The notes beneath the pieces were generated by a model. It did no database searches, was not told the DNA's origin, and saw only the letters and a list, made by a program, of their open reading frames with translations. The position numbers and the translations under genes are program-made. Below, piece after piece: positions 59,817-64,000 of a stretch of DNA of 64,000 nt (position 1 is its first letter; each line of letters starts with the position of its first letter). Source of the DNA: Psilocybe cubensis. Taxonomy: Eukaryota. The stretch is taken from positions 186,001-250,000 of the forward strand of contig CM039010.1 in assembly GCA_017499595.2 (NCBI GenBank), written 5' to 3'.

Positions 59817-62495
59817 ATGGCTCAGACTACCGCTAGTCCGTTTAATGGAATAAATAATGTTGGAGGACTAGGACAGGCTGGGAGTTCAGTGAGTTCTTCG
59901 TATCCCTATTCATCAAACTGGTCTGGTAACATTCAAAAGTCGAAGCTGTGGAGATGCGGCGATCCATACCGATATCCTTTCCCTGAATCCGAAGGAGATC
60001 CATGGAACTGTGTGCTGGAGCCGTATCGGAAGAACGATAGGATACAGTGTGAAGCGTGGAAAGATGAAGTCCAGAATCTTCTGATCTTTGTATGTTCACT
60101 TTCGATTTCAACTTTTCATTTACCGTGTATGTTGAAACATTGACAAATTTAGGCCGGTTTGTTCTCTGCAGTAGTCACTGCATTCACCGTGGAGTCTTAC
60201 AAGAATCTTCAACCTGATCCAAACGATACGATAGTCTACCTTTTGGCCCAGTTAGTCGACAGTTCTTCGAACGTATCCAACGTAGCCTTGCCCCCGCCCA
60301 TTTTTGTAAGGTCAGCATCGGCACTACGCGTCAACATCTTCTGGTTCCTCAGCCTTGTTCTCAGTCTCACAACGGTGCTCGTCGGGATAGTTGGGCTACA
60401 GTGGATTCGAGAACACCAGCAGTACACGGACGAGATTGACCCTCGAAACTCTCTATCGGTTTTCCGCATGCGCTCACATGGATTGAGAGAATGGTTTGTT
60501 CCGCAGATTTTCACTGGCCTTCCTTTGCTCCTCCAGTCGGCTGTGTTTCTCTTTCTGATTGGTATCATCGACTTCTTATATTCCTTAGACCACACGGTGT
60601 CTGGATGGATAACCGTCGCAGTGGCACTCACCCTACTATTTCTGTTAGCCACTACAGCACTTCCGACAATGCAGCTGTTTGTGCCTCACGATGGTCAACA
60701 TACTATCCCCCCTACACAGTGCCCCTACAGATCTCCTCAGGCACGTATTTTTATGGTCATCACCACCAGAATATATACCGCCGTTATGCTTCTGGACGCT
60801 TTTATCCCTTTTAGAAAATTTAGACGAATCAAAAAGCATTTCGCTGCTCGATTCGCGTTGCGGCAGAACTTCAAGAGCTGGATCGCCTTTGACGCGTGGT
60901 GGCTAAATATCCGGGAAGCTCATATAAAATACAGACACGCACCTAAATTTGACGGTAGCCACAATATCTATAACACGATCTCATTGTGGCAAAATGCGTC
61001 GACATTGCCCACAGAACTGGAAGCCGAAGCGCTCCTCGACGCGCTCGATCAATACTCACACAATGACGCCGTTGTTTTTGCCCTCTACCATTGTTTCTCC
61101 GAAGTCGCTAAAGTGCAAAATTCAATTCAGTTTGAGCTGTTCCAGCGCTACTATATCCAGGCAACAGGACTACCGTACCGCGAGACGTACTGGCCGTCAC
61201 GTCTCATGCCTCCCTTTGACTCCAGCACTTCGCGCCTATTGCACCACGAGAACATGGTATGGTTCCTGCTCTCTCTAGGTCGGAATGGACATTCAAAACG
61301 GGTGGAAGCACATATCGTACCGCATCTCATTGAGTTGAAGACGCGTATCACGGCATATACGATGATCACTTGTCGCTCTGTTATCAAAAACACAGATTTT
61401 CTGGATTATAGCCAGGAGCATATGCATTTCGCGCTCGGCAAGCCGGATGGAAATTACCTTGCTTACAGTGCATTTGGGGAGCCAAATTTCCGTTATCCGG
61501 TTTCAGATGTAATGTACCAAGGTGACCAAGGTTTCAATTTTACTTTCGCATGTCATGTATCTGATCATACACTGAACCATTACAGAAACGCTCAATCAAG
61601 CATACCTAATCTACGAGCGGTTTACTCGAAAGGTAGCTATGATAAAGGAGAGTACTAAACTGGAAGAAACGACTTATAACCACATGATATGCATTAAGTT
61701 CCTCGACATTCCAATGTCGCTTTTGAGGCATGACATGTGGGCACAGGACACGGCCATTTCCCTCCACCCAATCTTATATCGCACTCTCCAGTTCATGGTC
61801 ACGACTTTGGACAGAGTAGTCTCCGAAAATACCGAACGTCCACTTCTTTTCCTTTCCGCATCGTATGTGCTCAACAGAATTCTACAGCCACTCGAAGGTG
61901 CCAAGGAGCACTACACTAGCAATATTTACTATCGGACGAAGAACCAGTCGGATATTCTGCCATGGATTGTGCAAACACCTATCATCATGCTTATGGAGGC
62001 CTTGATACGCTACCACGACCACTTCCATCCGACTAGATGCTCCCCGTTTTCGCTGCGCCAGCTCTCTTATGAGCGTATATTTCTCTGGAAGCTCGAGCCT
62101 GGCGCGGTTTATGAGTTCAAGCGTTATGTAGAGATTCCCAGGGATCCTGTCCTTGACAGTTGATGCGGTAGAAAAAGTGAACTATCATTTTTATATCATG
62201 CCCACACAATGTTGGGAAAGTTGATTCTCTGGAAGCCTGGAGTGGTTGAGGTCGCTCGATACTAGCCATGCCAGCGTCGAGGCCTCCCATAAATAACTCC
62301 ACCGCCCACCGTCTATCATCTATGATGTCAAATGACAAACTTCCAACAACGATGAGATACATATCTGAGTTCCTGTCGTGTCTCGTCACTGCGAACAATG
62401 CGCCTTTGATGAGTGTGATTTTGATTGTGTTTCGAAATGTAAAGTTACTATACCATAGGCTAGGTGACATATCGCAATTCACGAGAGCTGAATAA
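59817..62495 (+). CDS. DUF6535-type multi-pass membrane protein; 3' exon structure uncertain
   Basis: CEAWKDEVQNLLIF|AGLFSAVVTAFTVESYKNLQPD, RVNIFWFLSLVLSL, LQWIREH, LPLLLQSAVFLFLIGIIDFL, CPYRSPQA; intron 60090-60152. Confidence 0.85.
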
Positions 62496-63170
62496 CTTGC
62501 GGCTCTTGAAGACCGCAGGTCGTAAAAGAGAACTTGGTATGACCAATCTCTGAAAGTAGCAAATTATACCTAGTCTATCTTAACTGCGTAAAAAATCATT
62601 ATGAGCATTGAGCGTCTCGCCAAGACATCCTAAGTCACTCACCCTACGCTGTCTTTTTCGACGTTTTTCGCTTTTAGCACCGCAGACAATTCACGGGAGG
62701 GTAGCAACGACGACTGGTGTGGGAAATTCGGTCCATCTGTTACCCAGTGCTATTTTTACGCGGTGGCCGTGCGGTGCCTACAAGCCGAGAGTTATCAATT
62801 CTGGTTGATCATTGGAATGAAGTCAAAAAACAGGAAAAAAGCACTGTATGCTCGTCATTCCTATATTACTGTCTTTTACCTGCTTTGAGAAGCTTTAAAA
62901 GTAGATGTTTGGGCTTTGGAATTAATCGCAATCATAAGCTTGCCGACATGCCGTTAATCCGATCAGAGGTAGTTCATCAGCATTGTGACATCAGGATGTG
63001 AGCTATAAATAGCCAGTGGCGTTTACATCGGGCATTGGGCAGTCCGGCATGGCACTGGCATGGAGGAATCCGCGTGAGGTCAAATCAACGACGGCGTTGT
63101 TTTGTTCTCCCACTCTTCTTTTCTTCCACATTTCTTTTAGGTCCCTTTACGATCTCCTTCACCTTCCCCC

Positions 63171-64000
63171 ATGTTGTCGCCTCGACTATCCGTTGCGGCT
63201 CTATTGCTGGGGTCTTCGACCGTCCTAGCAGGCACCGCTGGTTCGTTTGCCCAGGCTGGTAATACACTCGTCAGTGCACTTTTGGTGAGTATGTCATCAC
63301 CTGGCTCCGCTCCGTGTCAAACTCAATTGGCGTCAAGATGTTTTTGGGGAATGAGGAAACGGTATACATTATCGACAAAGCTGAGGGGAACGCCGCTGCA
63401 GTCGCGGGCCATCCAGCATGGGGTGCAAAGTGGTGAGATTGAGTGCATCAAAAGAGCTTTACCTCCGGCTTGACGTGTTACCCAGGGATATAGCGTCGCA
63501 ACAAGCAGAAGTGATGGATATTCGATCAAATACATTTTGTTCCTCAGGGATGCATCTGCCTAACGGTTCCTTCATCAATTTGGGTGGAAACGACGGTATC
63601 ACAATAAACGGCGCTCCTGGTTCAATAAAAAATACAGACGGATCAGGAACAGGCTTTTGGGACTCAATATACCAAGATTTTGACGGACGAAAATCGATTC
63701 GCATTCTTAATCCTTGTGGATCAGCCGACGATATAACCTCACCACAGTGTCGTTGGTATGATGATTCTTCAGTTCTGGCGATGAAATCTGGGCGATGGTA
63801 TGCTGCAGTAGAGCCGCTTGGGGATGGTACGATTGTTATTCTAGGTGGATTTACAGCTGGTGGATACGTTAATCGGGAGTTCCCTGTTAAAGATCCTATT
63901 ACGCAGAGTGGCCAAGCACAGAACACCTACGAGTACTATCCTCCGAAGGACGTTGCTCCTCCACTGGTTCAGTTCCTCGTGGATGCAGGAGGCCTAAATG
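63171..64000 (+). CDS. secreted copper radical oxidase / glyoxal oxidase (AA5_1), 5' part
   Basis: Signal peptide MLSPRLSVAALLLGSSTVLA, two introns, IIDKAEGN..GHPAWG, SNTFCSSG (cofactor Cys), DGRKSIRILNPC, RWY (cofactor Tyr), GGYVNR; runs off the window. Confidence 0.92.

Overview
Intron-rich fungal DNA, almost certainly an Agaricomycete (mushroom-forming basidiomycete). The left half (1-33 kb) is ordinary gene space: the 3' end of a BTB-domain gene, SEC61, a stand-alone adenylation-domain enzyme, a PHO84-type phosphate transporter, an F-box-like gene, a CYP512-like P450, an MFS transporter and TYR1. The right half is heavily rearranged. A ~4.45-kb block (TYR1 3' exon, intradiol dioxygenase, 3' half of a TPR-CHAT protease gene) occurs twice, separated by an 8-kb non-autonomous Helitron-like insert (A|TC ... 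hairpin-CTAG|T) and a short templated filler. The second CHAT copy is interrupted by nested transposons. A ~1.08-kb non-autonomous element (GGGCA termini, 9-bp TSD) carries a 7.26-kb, apparently intact CMC/EnSpm-type element (CACGG termini, 3-bp TTA TSD), and that element has captured an intron-containing fragment of the host ABC-F gene ARB1/ABCF2. The TPR-CHAT gene sits head-to-head with a DUF6535-type membrane protein gene, a candidate protease-plus-membrane-effector module. The window ends inside a copper radical (glyoxal) oxidase gene. Gene models were spliced by eye and family names come from motif recognition, not database searches.
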